DNA of 64,000 nucleotides from Anaeromyxobacteraceae bacterium. Lineage in GTDB: Bacteria > Myxococcota > Myxococcia > Myxococcales > Anaeromyxobacteraceae. The DNA lies in assembly GCA_047602405.1 (NCBI GenBank), contig JASGHJ010000002.1:1888001-1952000 (forward strand), written 5' to 3'. Each line of letters starts with the position of its first letter. Position 1 is the stretch's first letter. The position numbers were made by a program, and so were the translations under genes. Positions 37,776 through 48,517 of this stretch are shown here, piece by piece. The notes under the pieces are model-generated. The model was not told where the DNA came from. It ran no database searches and saw only the letters and a list, made by a program, of their open reading frames with translations.

Positions 37776-38790
37776 CTACCCCCGCTTCGGCCCGGGCGTC
37801 GTGGGCGGCGGGGACAGGGCCGCGGCCATCCGCTCGAGGTACGACCGCGCCACCCGCTGTCCGTCGAGCCTGAGCTCGCGGGCGAGGCCGAACAGGATGC
37901 CGCGCAGGTAGACCGGCGCGGGCAGGGCCGAGAAGCGGTCCGCCTCGATGTTCTCGAGGTGGTGGCGCGTCACCTTGGTGCGCTCGGCCACGATCTCGGA
38001 TCGGGATGCCGCGGGCCTCGCGTACGCGGCGCAGCATCTCGCCCGTCCACGGGGCGTCCGCGGCGAAGGCCGGCATCGGCTCCTCGGCGCGCGGCGGGGC
38101 GGTCACCGCCTGGGGGACGGGCGTCATCGCGTTCGCCAGGCTCACCGGACGGTCGAGCCGGATCGGCGCCCTGCGGAGCACCTCGGGCGTCACCTCCGGT
38201 GGGCTCGCCTCGGGGTGCGGCGTCACCGGGCGCGTCAGGAGGAGGACCCCTCGACTCCGGGCTGCCTCCGGCGGCTCCACGCGCGGGGTGGGCGGCTCGG
38301 TGGGTTCCTCCCCGGTCGGCTCGGCCTCCGCGGCGGGGTCGGGCCCGGGGGCCGGCGACGCAGCCTCGAGCGCCGGCGGCGCAGCCTCGAGGGCCGGCGG
38401 CGCAGGCTCGGGGTCGGCCGGCGAGGCCTCCGGGCCCGCGGCGATCGGTCCGGGCGCTCCGGGTGCGGGCGGCACCTCGTCGGACGGCGCCCTCGCCGGG
38501 ATGACCGGCGGCAGCGACCAGGGCTGCACGCGCTGCGCGGTCGCGCCGTTGCCGGCGATGGTCGCGTCGTAGCGGGCGCGCGCCTCGGGGTCGAGGAGCG
38601 TCCTGTCGGCCTCCTCGATGCGGCGGTTCATGAGCTCCGCCTCGTCCGCGGACATGAGCGAGTACATCGCGAGCGAGCCCGGCCCGAAGATGCTGCGGGC
38701 GCGCTCAATCGCCTCCCGCACGGCGTCCTGCGCCGCGTCCGCCGGCACCTCGAGGATCTCGTAGAGGGTCTGGTCGTTGAGGCGCTTCAC
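37776..38790 (-). CDS. J-domain-like N-terminus, Pro-rich linker, RodZ-like HTH (apparent frameshift at ~38000)
   Basis: LYEILEV...TLLDPEARARYD, then GEMLRRVREARGI|VAERTKV...LENIEADRF..LPAPVYLRG. Confidence 0.8.
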
Positions 38791-39791
38791 GGCTCCCCTC
38801 CGGGGGGCGGCGGCGCGGGGGCCGGCGGCGTGGTGCGCGGGATCACCGCGTCGAGGGCGAGCAGCGCGTCGACGAGGCCGCCGAAGGCGCGCGCGGCCGG
38901 GGCGTCGGGGCGCTCGACGAGGAGCGGGCGGCGGGCGCGCTGCACGCGCCACATGTCGTCGTCGTAGGGCAGGTGGCCGAGGTAGTCCATCTGCAGGCCG
39001 AAGTACCTCCGCCAGGCCGCCGCGATGGCCGGGCCAATCTCCTTGTCCTGCGGGGTGCGGGCCTGGTTCACGACGAGGCGCGGGCGGAACGCCGCGAGCT
39101 GCCGCACGAGGTTCTGGCCGGCCTCCCGGTCGCGCTCCATGACGGTCGCGACGAGCTCCACCGGGCTGCGGAACGGGGCGGTGGTGAGGAGGGAGCGCAG
39201 CAGCGGGTCGTAGCCGAACACGTGCGCGACGTTGCGCAGCCGCCGCCAGAACGCCGCCTTCAGGAACCGGTAGGCGTTCTCGACCGAGGTCGGCTCGGGG
39301 ACGAGCACGAGCACGCCGTGGTCGGAGACGAGGAAGAAGTCGAGGACGTTCGAGTGGGTGCCCGCGCCGAGGTCGAGGATCGCGTAGTCCGAGTCGAGCT
39401 GCTGCACGTGGCGGAGCAGCCGCATCTTCTGGGCGTAGCGCGGGTTCGCGGCGTCGACGTGGTCGAGCGCGCCCGAGACGAGCGAGAGGTTCGCGATCCC
39501 GGTCGGGGTGAGCACGTCGTCCATCTTGCCGACGCGCCGCTCGATGAAGTCGGAGAGCGTGCGCTTCGGCATCTCGAGGCCGAGCGTGGTGTGGAGGTTC
39601 GCGCCGCCGAGGTCGGCGTCGACGAGCACCACCTTGCGACCCCGCCGGGCGAGCTCGATGCCGAGGTTCGCCGAGACGAGGCTCTTCCCGATGCCGCCCT
39701 TGCCGCCGCCCACCGCGATGATGCGGCGCGAGCGCGCGGGGACGCGCGCCGCGCGCGCGGGCGCCGCGCTCGGCGGCAACAGCTGGAGCAT
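38787..39791 (-). CDS. MinD/FlhG-like P-loop ATPase
   Basis: Deviant Walker A GGKGGIGKS, DADLGGANLH, DLGAGT, PEPTSVENAY. Confidence 0.9.
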   Translation of the reverse strand: MLQLLPPSAAPARAARVPARSRRIIAVGGGKGGIGKSLVSANLGIELARRGRKVVLVDADLGGANLHTTLGLEMPKRTLSDFIERRVGKMDDVLTPTGIANLSLVSGALDHVDAANPRYAQKMRLLRHVQQLDSDYAILDLGAGTHSNVLDFFLVSDHGVLVLVPEPTSVENAYRFLKAAFWRRLRNVAHVFGYDPLLRSLLTTAPFRSPVELVATVMERDREAGQNLVRQLAAFRPRLVVNQARTPQDKEIGPAIAAAWRRYFGLQMDYLGHLPYDDDMWRVQRARRPLLVERPDAPAARAFGGLVDALLALDAVIPRTTPPAPAPPPPGGEP

Positions 39792-39936
39792 GGGGACGTC
39801 GCCATCCGGCCTATCGTAGACGTTTCGGGGGCCGAGTCCAAAACCGCTGAGTTTCACCCGGGGACTCGGCACGCTCCCCGGCCCACCTCGCGCACGCGCA
39901 CCGGATGAGCGGCCCCCCGGCAGCGGGCGATAGCGC

Positions 39937-40536
39937 CTAATCCAGCAGCTCGGCGTTCCAGTAGGCGGCGTCCGCCAAGGTGAGGAACGGTCGCCACTCG
40001 CGGTAGAACGCCCGGCGCGCGGCGTTCCGGAAGGTCGGCGTCCAGCGGGGCCGGGTCGGGTTGCGGAGCAGGCGCATGCTCGCCTCCTCGGGGGTCCGCC
40101 CGCCCTTCCTGAGGTTGCAGGGGATGCAGGAGCAGACGACGTTCTCCCAGCTCGTCGAGCCGCCCTTCGACCGCGGGACCACGTGGTCGAGGTTGAGCTC
40201 CGCCCTGCGGAAGCGCTTGCCGCAGTACTGGCAGGTGTTGTCGTCGCGCGCGTAGATGTTGAACCGCGAGAACCGCACGCGGGTCTTCGGCAGGTGCTCG
40301 TAGGCGATGAGCACGATCACCCGGGGGATCCGGATGCGCCGGTCGACCGTGTGGATCGCGTCCTCGTGCTCCGCGGCGGAGAGCGCCGCCCAGCTCTCGA
40401 AGTCGAAGAGCTGGAACGCCTCGTCGATGGCCCTCGCGGCGCCCTGGTACAGGAGCGCGAAGGCCCGCCTCACCGAGGTGATGTGGACCGGCTGGTAGAC
40501 GCGGTTGAGGACGAGGACGCCGGTGTCGAGTACCAC
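39937..40536 (-). CDS. HNH endonuclease (McrA/HNH_5-like)
   Basis: VLVLN..YQP, SRFNIYARD...CQYCG...LDHVVPRSKGG..SWENVV.SC.PCN.RKG.RTP. Confidence 0.92.
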   Translation of the reverse strand: MVLDTGVLVLNRVYQPVHITSVRRAFALLYQGAARAIDEAFQLFDFESWAALSAAEHEDAIHTVDRRIRIPRVIVLIAYEHLPKTRVRFSRFNIYARDDNTCQYCGKRFRRAELNLDHVVPRSKGGSTSWENVVCSCIPCNLRKGGRTPEEASMRLLRNPTRPRWTPTFRNAARRAFYREWRPFLTLADAAYWNAELLD

Positions 40537-40659
40537 CCCGGGAGGATACTCCGGACCCTCGTCCGCCGCACGGGCGGCCGCCGCCCGGGCGCTCCCGGCG
40601 GTGCAGGGCACCTCGGAGCGCCGGGTGCAGGCCCCGCGCGGGGCCTGCCCAGGGGCCGG

Positions 40660-42813
40660 CTACCCGCGCGGCGCGGGGGTGAACGTGAGGGCGCTCGTCG
40701 GGCCGTCCCCCTCCCCGTAGAGCAGGCGGTAGGACGCGTAGGACCGGAGCACGCGCTTCACGTAGCCGCGGGTCTCGTCGTACGGGATCTGCTCCACGAA
40801 GGCGTCGAGCTCGCCGGCCCCGCGCTCCTCGACCCAGCGGGCGACCGCGTTCGGCCCCGCGTTGTAGGCCGCGAGCGCGAGCGGCAGCGAGCCGTCGAAC
40901 CGCTTCACGAGCTGCCCGAGGTAGCGGGCGCCGATCCGGATGTTCACGTCGGCCTTCATGAGGTCCGCGCGCGAGGGCCGCGGCAACCCCGCGCCCTTCG
41001 CGATGGCGCGGGCGGTGGGGACCATGAGCTGGGTGAGCCCGACCGCGCCGGCCGGCGAGAGCGCCTTCGGCTCGAGCGCGCTCTCCTCGCGCATGAGGGC
41101 CTGGAGGAGATCCACCGGCACGCCCGCGGGCGGCGCCCAGCGCTTCACGAGGTCCCGGTAGGCCGGCGGGTACGCGATGCGCCAGGCCCTGAGGTCCTCG
41201 GCGCGCGGCGCCCGCGGCAGGGCCGCGCGGGCCTTCGTCCGGAGGAGCTGGTGCGCGCCGCGGTGGTCCCCGGCGCGATCGAGGAGGTCGGCCACGACGA
41301 GGAGCGGCTCCGGGCCGGCGCCGGCCGCCCGCGAGAGATCGACGGCCTCGAGCTCGGCGACGGCGTCCTCGAGGAGTCCCATCGCGAGCAGCGCCCGGGC
41401 GGCCGGGAGGTGCGGGTCGTCGGCGAGCGGCCCCGCGTCCCAGGTCGGCTCGATCGAGACCGGCTTCACCGGCGCCGGGAAGCCGCCCTCCCCGCCCGCC
41501 TCCGCGAGCCGGCTCCGGGCGAGGAGCCCGTAGTAGTCGGCGGGGTACCGCGCCACGAGCTCGGCCCAGAGCGCCTTCGCGGCGGCGGCGCCGGCCGCGT
41601 CCTTCCCGGCGAGGAGGCGGGCCCGCCAGTAGGCGGCGCGGGCGTGCTCGTAGGGATCGACCCCGACCTCGGTGGCCTCGATCTCGGCGAGGGCCGCGAC
41701 GGCCGCGTCGAGGTCGCCCTCCTTCCAGGCGAGCCAGGCCGCGCGGAAGCGGGCCTCGTCGCGGACGTCGCCGTCCGGGAACGCCTTCGCGAGCGCGCCG
41801 AGCGCCGCGCGGGCCTCGGCGAGCCTGCCGTCGGAGGCGAGCAGGTCGGCCGCCGCGAAGAGCGCGTCGTCGGCGAGCGGGCTCTCCGGGTACTTCTCGG
41901 CGAGGCGGCGGTGGAGCGCGATCGCGCCGGCGCGATCGCCGGTGATGGCGGTGGAGCCGGCGAGCACGAAGAGCGCGCGGGAGACCACCGCGGGCTCCCG
42001 GCACCGCTCCACGACCGGCCCCAGCGTCGCCACCACCTTCCGGTGCTCGCGCTCCCGCCGGTAGGCCCGGCCGGTGGCCGCGCGCACGCGGCACGCGAAG
42101 GCGTCGTCCGGGGAGGGCTCGCCCGCCTTCACCTTCGCGAGCGCGGCGAGGGCCGCGTCGGTGCGGTTCGCCTCGAGCAGCCGCTCCGCGCGGGTGAGCA
42201 CGACGTCGGGCTCGGGCGGCCCGCCGTGGGGCGCCGGCAGCGCGCGCGCCGCGGCCAGGCAGGCCGCGGCCTCCGGCGCGAGCGGGTGCGCCGACCAGCA
42301 GGTCAGGAGGTCCTTGCGGCCGGCGGCCGGGTCCGCGCCGCGGCCGGTGCCACGGAGCTTCCCCGCGAGGAGGAGCGCGGTGGCGGCCGGGTCGGCGCGC
42401 CCGGGCTCCGCCGGCGCCGGGCGGCCGAGGAGCGGCGCGAGCGTGGCGAGCGCCCGCTCGCGCTCGCCGAGGAGGTCGGCGCCCCGGGCGAGCGCGATCC
42501 GCGCCTCCGGCGCGAGGACCGAGCCGTCCGGCACGGCGGCGTAGGCGTCGAGGGCCTCGCGCGACCGGAGGAGCGCGGTCAGCGCCTCCCCGCGCATGAA
42601 CAGGATGCGGTCGGCGAGCGCCGGCAGGCGCGCCTCGAGCCCGTCGAGGGGCCCGAGGACCTGCGACACCCGGCCCGCCGCGAGGTGGGCGCGCGCCGAC
42701 AGGTAGGCCGCGTACGCGGGGTCGGCCCCGGGCTCCGGCGAGGAGGGCGGGGACACCTTCGCGGGGGCGGGCGTGGCGGCGAGGAGGGCGGCGAGCGCGG
42801 CGGGGGCGAGCAT
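40660..42813 (-). CDS. Soluble lytic transglycosylase (Slt) with TPR-like helical domain
   Basis: Signal peptide, MREES, SPAGAVGLTQLM, AYNAG, IPYDETRGYVKRV. Confidence 0.92.
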   Translation of the reverse strand: MLAPAALAALLAATPAPAKVSPPSSPEPGADPAYAAYLSARAHLAAGRVSQVLGPLDGLEARLPALADRILFMRGEALTALLRSREALDAYAAVPDGSVLAPEARIALARGADLLGERERALATLAPLLGRPAPAEPGRADPAATALLLAGKLRGTGRGADPAAGRKDLLTCWSAHPLAPEAAACLAAARALPAPHGGPPEPDVVLTRAERLLEANRTDAALAALAKVKAGEPSPDDAFACRVRAATGRAYRREREHRKVVATLGPVVERCREPAVVSRALFVLAGSTAITGDRAGAIALHRRLAEKYPESPLADDALFAAADLLASDGRLAEARAALGALAKAFPDGDVRDEARFRAAWLAWKEGDLDAAVAALAEIEATEVGVDPYEHARAAYWRARLLAGKDAAGAAAAKALWAELVARYPADYYGLLARSRLAEAGGEGGFPAPVKPVSIEPTWDAGPLADDPHLPAARALLAMGLLEDAVAELEAVDLSRAAGAGPEPLLVVADLLDRAGDHRGAHQLLRTKARAALPRAPRAEDLRAWRIAYPPAYRDLVKRWAPPAGVPVDLLQALMREESALEPKALSPAGAVGLTQLMVPTARAIAKGAGLPRPSRADLMKADVNIRIGARYLGQLVKRFDGSLPLALAAYNAGPNAVARWVEERGAGELDAFVEQIPYDETRGYVKRVLRSYASYRLLYGEGDGPTSALTFTPAPRG

Positions 42814-42919
42814 CGAGGTCACAGGGTTGGGCAGGCGGCGCCCCCGGTCAAGGCCACGGCCTCGTGAGGTGACGCCACGACCGGAACGCCCCGCGCGGAC
42901 GGAGGATTCCGGGGCTAAG

Positions 42920-45181
42920 ATGGGCACCGTGGACATCCGCACCCAGGCGGCGCTGCTCGCGGCCATCGTCACGCTGGCGCTCGCCGTGGCGGCGCTCCTG
43001 CGCGACAACCGCTCGCGGACGTTCACGCTCTTCGCGGTCTTCTCGCTCGACCTCTTCCTCTTCTCGCTCGCGCTCTTCTTCACGCGCTGGCCGGCGTCCT
43101 TCGCGCTCGTCTGGTGGGAGCGGCTCGCGGTCGCCTCCGGCGCGCTCGTCCCCGCGGCCGCCCTCGCCTTCTTCCTCGAGTTCCTCGGCGTCGCCCGGCG
43201 GCCCGCGCGCCGCGCCCGGAACGCGATGCTCGCGGGCGCGCTCTCCGGCCTCGTGGTGGCGACCACGCCCCTCGTCCACGTCTACGTCGCGAAGCTCGTC
43301 GTCGCGATCTACGTCGTGGGCGGGCTCACCGCGGTGCTCTCGGTGCTGTGGGGCAAGATGCTCGCCTCGGCGACGCGGGTCGAGCGCGCGCGCCTCGCCT
43401 ACCTGTTCATCGGCGCGCTCGTGGCCGTCACGCTGTCGACCCTCGACATGCTGCCGCGCCTCGGCGTCGAGTACCCGGCCGAGGGGCTCGGCTCCATCAC
43501 CCTCACCGTCTTCATGTTCTTCCTGTCGCAGACGCTGCAGCGCCACCGGCTGCTCGACCTGCACGAGTTCCTCGGGAAGATCGTCGTCGTCACCGCCCTC
43601 GGCCTCGTGCTCGTGGCCATCTACGGCGGCCTCGTCTCGTGGGTCGGCGACCGGCGCGAGCTCTTCTACTTCAACACCGTCGTCGCCTCGTTCGTGATCC
43701 TCTCGCTGTTCGAGCCGATGCGCGAGCGGGTCGAGGAGTGGGTGGTCGCGACGCTCTTCCACGAGCGCTACGAGCTCGTGCGGCAGCTCGAGGCCATCCG
43801 GCGGCGCTGCGCGAACGTCATCGACCCCGACGCGCTCGGCGCGGTGGTGCTCGACGGCCTCGTCGACACCCGGCGGGTCACGCACTCGGGGCTGTGGCTG
43901 CTCGCCGAGGACCGCCCCGGCTACCGGCTCCTCGCCTCGCGCGGCCCCCCGCCCTTCCCGTTCCTCGAGCCCTCCGCGGTGCGGGCGCTGCGCGCCGCCG
44001 CGGCGGTGGGCCAGAAGGCGATGCTGCGCGAGAACCTCGACCGCCGCGTCGCGGAGCTCCGCGCCGCCCTCCCGCCCGGACCGACAGAGCACGAGAGCCG
44101 CGGCAACCGCGGCGCGCCCGCGGCCACCGCCGAGGAGCTCCGCAAGCTCGAGGACGCCCGCGCGGTCATGGAGGGCATGAAGGCCGGCATCTGCATGCTG
44201 CTCCTCGCCGGCGACCGGCTGGTGGGGTTCCTCGCCTGCTGGGACGACCGGGTGCCGGAGGCCTTCGCGTCCGACGAGATCGCGGCGCTCCTCGAGCTCG
44301 CCGACCGCTGCGCGCTCGTCATCGAGAACTCGAAGCTCTACCAGCAGATGAAGGAGCGGGACCGCCTCGCCGCGCTCGGCGAGATGTCGGCCGGCCTCGC
44401 CCACGAGATCCGCAACCCCCTCGCCGCCATCAAGGGCGCGGTCCAGTACATCGACCCCTCCCGCCACCCCGCCGAGGACCGCGAGTTCCTGGAGATCATG
44501 ATCGAGGAGGTGAACCGCCTGAACGGCGTCGTCACCCAGTTCCTCGACTACTCGCGCCCGCTCAAGCCCGCGCTCGCGCCGACCTCCGTGAACGAGGTCC
44601 TCGACCGCACCTTCAAGCTCCTCGGCCCCCAGGTGCCGGAGGGCGTCGCGGTGGAGCTCTCGCTCGCCGAGTGGCTCCCGCGGGTGAACGCCGACGCGGA
44701 GCAGCTGAAGCAGGTGTTCCTCAACCTCGCGCTCAACGCCTTCCAGGCCATGGGCCCCGCCGGCGGCAAGCTCGTCGTCTCCACCCGGCTCGCCCGCGAC
44801 GAGCTCGCCTTCTGGCGGGAGGGCTCGCGGCGCGCCGAGGTGGTCGAGATCCGGTTCGCGGACTCCGGCCCCGGCATCCCGGAGTCGGAGCACGAGCGGG
44901 TCTTCGTGCCCTTCTTCACCACGAAGGAGAAGGGCACCGGGCTCGGCCTCGCCATCTGCCAGCGGCTCGTGAAGGCGAACCAGGGCACCATCCAGCTGCG
45001 CTCGGCGCCCGGCGCGGGGGCGGAGTTCCTCATCGCGCTGCCGGGGCTGCCCGACGAGCGTCCGCCGGACCAGGCGCGGCCGCCGAAGGACCCCGACGAG
45101 CGGGCCCGGGAGCGCGAGCGGCGCCGTGCGAGCGCCGAGGCCCGGCTGCGCAGCCGCCGCCGGCGCAAGCAGCAGGCGTGA
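42920..45181 (+). CDS. Membrane sensor histidine kinase (multi-TM, GAF-like, HisKA, HATPase)
   Basis: AHEIRNPL, QVFLNLALNA, DSGPGI, PFFTTKEKGTGLGL. Confidence 0.93.
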   Translation: MGTVDIRTQAALLAAIVTLALAVAALLRDNRSRTFTLFAVFSLDLFLFSLALFFTRWPASFALVWWERLAVASGALVPAAALAFFLEFLGVARRPARRARNAMLAGALSGLVVATTPLVHVYVAKLVVAIYVVGGLTAVLSVLWGKMLASATRVERARLAYLFIGALVAVTLSTLDMLPRLGVEYPAEGLGSITLTVFMFFLSQTLQRHRLLDLHEFLGKIVVVTALGLVLVAIYGGLVSWVGDRRELFYFNTVVASFVILSLFEPMRERVEEWVVATLFHERYELVRQLEAIRRRCANVIDPDALGAVVLDGLVDTRRVTHSGLWLLAEDRPGYRLLASRGPPPFPFLEPSAVRALRAAAAVGQKAMLRENLDRRVAELRAALPPGPTEHESRGNRGAPAATAEELRKLEDARAVMEGMKAGICMLLLAGDRLVGFLACWDDRVPEAFASDEIAALLELADRCALVIENSKLYQQMKERDRLAALGEMSAGLAHEIRNPLAAIKGAVQYIDPSRHPAEDREFLEIMIEEVNRLNGVVTQFLDYSRPLKPALAPTSVNEVLDRTFKLLGPQVPEGVAVELSLAEWLPRVNADAEQLKQVFLNLALNAFQAMGPAGGKLVVSTRLARDELAFWREGSRRAEVVEIRFADSGPGIPESEHERVFVPFFTTKEKGTGLGLAICQRLVKANQGTIQLRSAPGAGAEFLIALPGLPDERPPDQARPPKDPDERARERERRRASAEARLRSRRRRKQQA

Positions 45182-45193
45182 TAGAAGGGTCGC

Positions 45194-46603
<1,410 letters not shown>

Positions 46604-46632
46604 GGTAGGCCGGGGTGCGAGCCGGCGCTAAC

Positions 46633-46661
46633 TTGACCGGTCCTGGACCCGCTGCTAGCGT
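46633..46661 (+). promoter_or_regulatory. Candidate sigma70-type promoter
   Basis: TTGACC, 17-bp spacer, TAGCGT, ending 40 nt upstream of ATG 46701. Confidence 0.45.
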
Positions 46662-46700
46662 CGATTCCTGGCGATTTACGGCCATTTACGGAGGCGCGGG

Positions 46701-48062
46701 ATGAGCCGGCTCGGCTGCGTTGCGATCGGGATGCTCCTCGTCGGCGCGCTTCCCTCCTCCGCGGGCGCCGCCGAGGTCACCCGCGTCGCGACCGCCGGCG
46801 AGAAGGAGAACCCCTTCGACCTCGTGCTGTCGGTGCGCTGGGACCGGCTCTCCGAGACCTCCACGATCAACCGGGAGACCGCCGTCGCGCCGTCGGCCGG
46901 CGCGCCCTTCGGACGCCTCGACACCACCCCGCAGTTCCGCTACTCGCGCACCCGCAACGCGGTCGTGCCCCGCATCGCCTTCGGCATCTACGAGGGGCTC
47001 GAGCTGCACGCCGAGGCCCCCTACGTGCTCGCCGACGACCGCAGCTACAAGGGCGCCAAGGTGAACGGCACCCCGGCGAGCAATCTCCCCGGGAGCGTCG
47101 CCCAGAACCGCGTCGACGCGATGAACCAGCCGTGCACGACGGGCGGCGGCATCTGCCCGATCTTCCCGGAGGGCGAGGTCTTCCACGGCGGCCAGCTCGG
47201 CGACGTGAAGGCCGGCTTCGCGTGGGCGATCCTCGACGACGCGAAGGACGACACCACCTCGTCCTGGGTCGTCGGCCTCGACGTCACCTTCCCGAGCGCG
47301 AAGAAGTACGACCCGGCCGCGGGCCGCGGCGCCGAGACGTGGCTGTCGCCGTACATCGTGCCGGCCGAGGTGGGCCCCTTCGGCGAGAAGATCTGGCGCT
47401 ACGAGCTCTCCACCGCCCTCTCGCGGCGCTACGGCCCCATCGATCCCTACGTGCGGCTCCACGTCACGGCGACCCGCCCGTCGAGCAGCACCTACTCGAA
47501 CTGCGACGCCGCCGCGGTGGCGTCCGCGGCCACGCCGGTCGCGCAGATGACCCTCGCCTCGGTCGCGAACTGCGCCTCCTCGACCTGGAAGGACGAGGCC
47601 GGCGCCCGGCTGCCCTGGCTCGCGGGCGGCGTGTTCGGCGTCGAGCTCGTCCCCTACGACAACCCGGAGAAGCTCCAGAAGGTCGCCCTCGACCTCTCCG
47701 GCTCGGTCGAGTACACGAGCGACCAGCGGTTCTTCAACCCGCTCACCGACGTCACCGGCAAGCTCATGTGGACGCAGGCGCACTACACGGTGGGCGGCCG
47801 CGCCGCGCTCCGCCTGCGCGCCTCCCGGTTCGTGACCTTCCTCGGCGCCGCCTCCTACGTGCGCGAGACCGACCACTTCGTCTCGGGCGAGTCGCTCGGC
47901 AAGGCCGGCGTGGACGCGGGGACGAACGACGTGACCGGCCAGACGGCGAACCCGCTCCTCAACCCGAACTTCGACTGGCGCTACGACGCCCCGGGCCGCC
48001 GCTTCCGCGTGACCGACAGCGGCGTGTTCACGGTCACCTTCCTGGCCTCGCTGGGCTTCTAG
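46701..48062 (+). CDS. Putative outer-membrane beta-barrel protein
   Basis: Signal peptide, beta-strand pattern, Cys pairs in probable loops, C-terminal LGF. Confidence 0.7.
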   Translation: MSRLGCVAIGMLLVGALPSSAGAAEVTRVATAGEKENPFDLVLSVRWDRLSETSTINRETAVAPSAGAPFGRLDTTPQFRYSRTRNAVVPRIAFGIYEGLELHAEAPYVLADDRSYKGAKVNGTPASNLPGSVAQNRVDAMNQPCTTGGGICPIFPEGEVFHGGQLGDVKAGFAWAILDDAKDDTTSSWVVGLDVTFPSAKKYDPAAGRGAETWLSPYIVPAEVGPFGEKIWRYELSTALSRRYGPIDPYVRLHVTATRPSSSTYSNCDAAAVASAATPVAQMTLASVANCASSTWKDEAGARLPWLAGGVFGVELVPYDNPEKLQKVALDLSGSVEYTSDQRFFNPLTDVTGKLMWTQAHYTVGGRAALRLRASRFVTFLGAASYVRETDHFVSGESLGKAGVDAGTNDVTGQTANPLLNPNFDWRYDAPGRRFRVTDSGVFTVTFLASLGF

Positions 48063-48517
48063 GAGCGCGCCGGCGACGGCGCCGGACCCGCGGCCGCCTC
48101 GAGCGCGCGCCGCAGCGGCTCCGGCAGCGACACGAGCCGCCGCGCCTCGTAGTCGAAGCAGCACAGGCGCGTGACCGCCCGCGCGAGCTCGAGTCCGGTT
48201 CCCACGTCGGTGAAGCGGTGCACGAGCTCGAAGGCGCGGGTCCGCACCTCGCCCACGGCGAGCTCCCCCCGCACCACCATGCCGTAGCGCCCCTCCCCGC
48301 CGAAGTGCACCGCGGCGTCGGTCATGATGAGCCCGACGCCGCCCACGTCGAGCTCGCCGAGCCCGTGGGTCGCGAGCCAGGCCACCCGGACCTCCTGGGC
48401 GAGCGTGAGCACCCGGTCGTTGCCGAGGTGGCCACCGTAGTTGAGGTCGGCGACCCGCAGCGGGAAGTCGAGGGAGAACGCGACGCGGGCGGGCAGGACG
48501 ATGTCGATGCGGTTCAA
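48059..48517 (-). CDS. Hotdog-fold thioesterase (4HBT/FcbC-like)
   Basis: LRVADLNYGGHLGND...FDYEAR. TTG start overlaps the upstream stop. Confidence 0.85.
   Translation of the reverse strand: MNRIDIVLPARVAFSLDFPLRVADLNYGGHLGNDRVLTLAQEVRVAWLATHGLGELDVGGVGLIMTDAAVHFGGEGRYGMVVRGELAVGEVRTRAFELVHRFTDVGTGLELARAVTRLCCFDYEARRLVSLPEPLRRALEAAAGPAPSPARS

Noticed and set aside
38350..38410. GCCGGCG(A/G)CGCAGCCTCGAG-type near-tandem repeats
   Set aside because: They encode the Pro/Ala linker (PPALEAA) of the J-like/HTH protein; ordinary low-complexity coding repeat.
39937..40536. HNH gene as a mobile element, IscB/Cas9 relative or defence system
   Set aside because: Short stand-alone HNH with host-like codons in a housekeeping context; no RuvC motifs, terminal repeats or arrays.
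46604..46700. Sigma54 promoter downstream of the NtrC-family gene
   Set aside because: No TGGCAC-N5-TTGC match found; a sigma70-like pair fits better.
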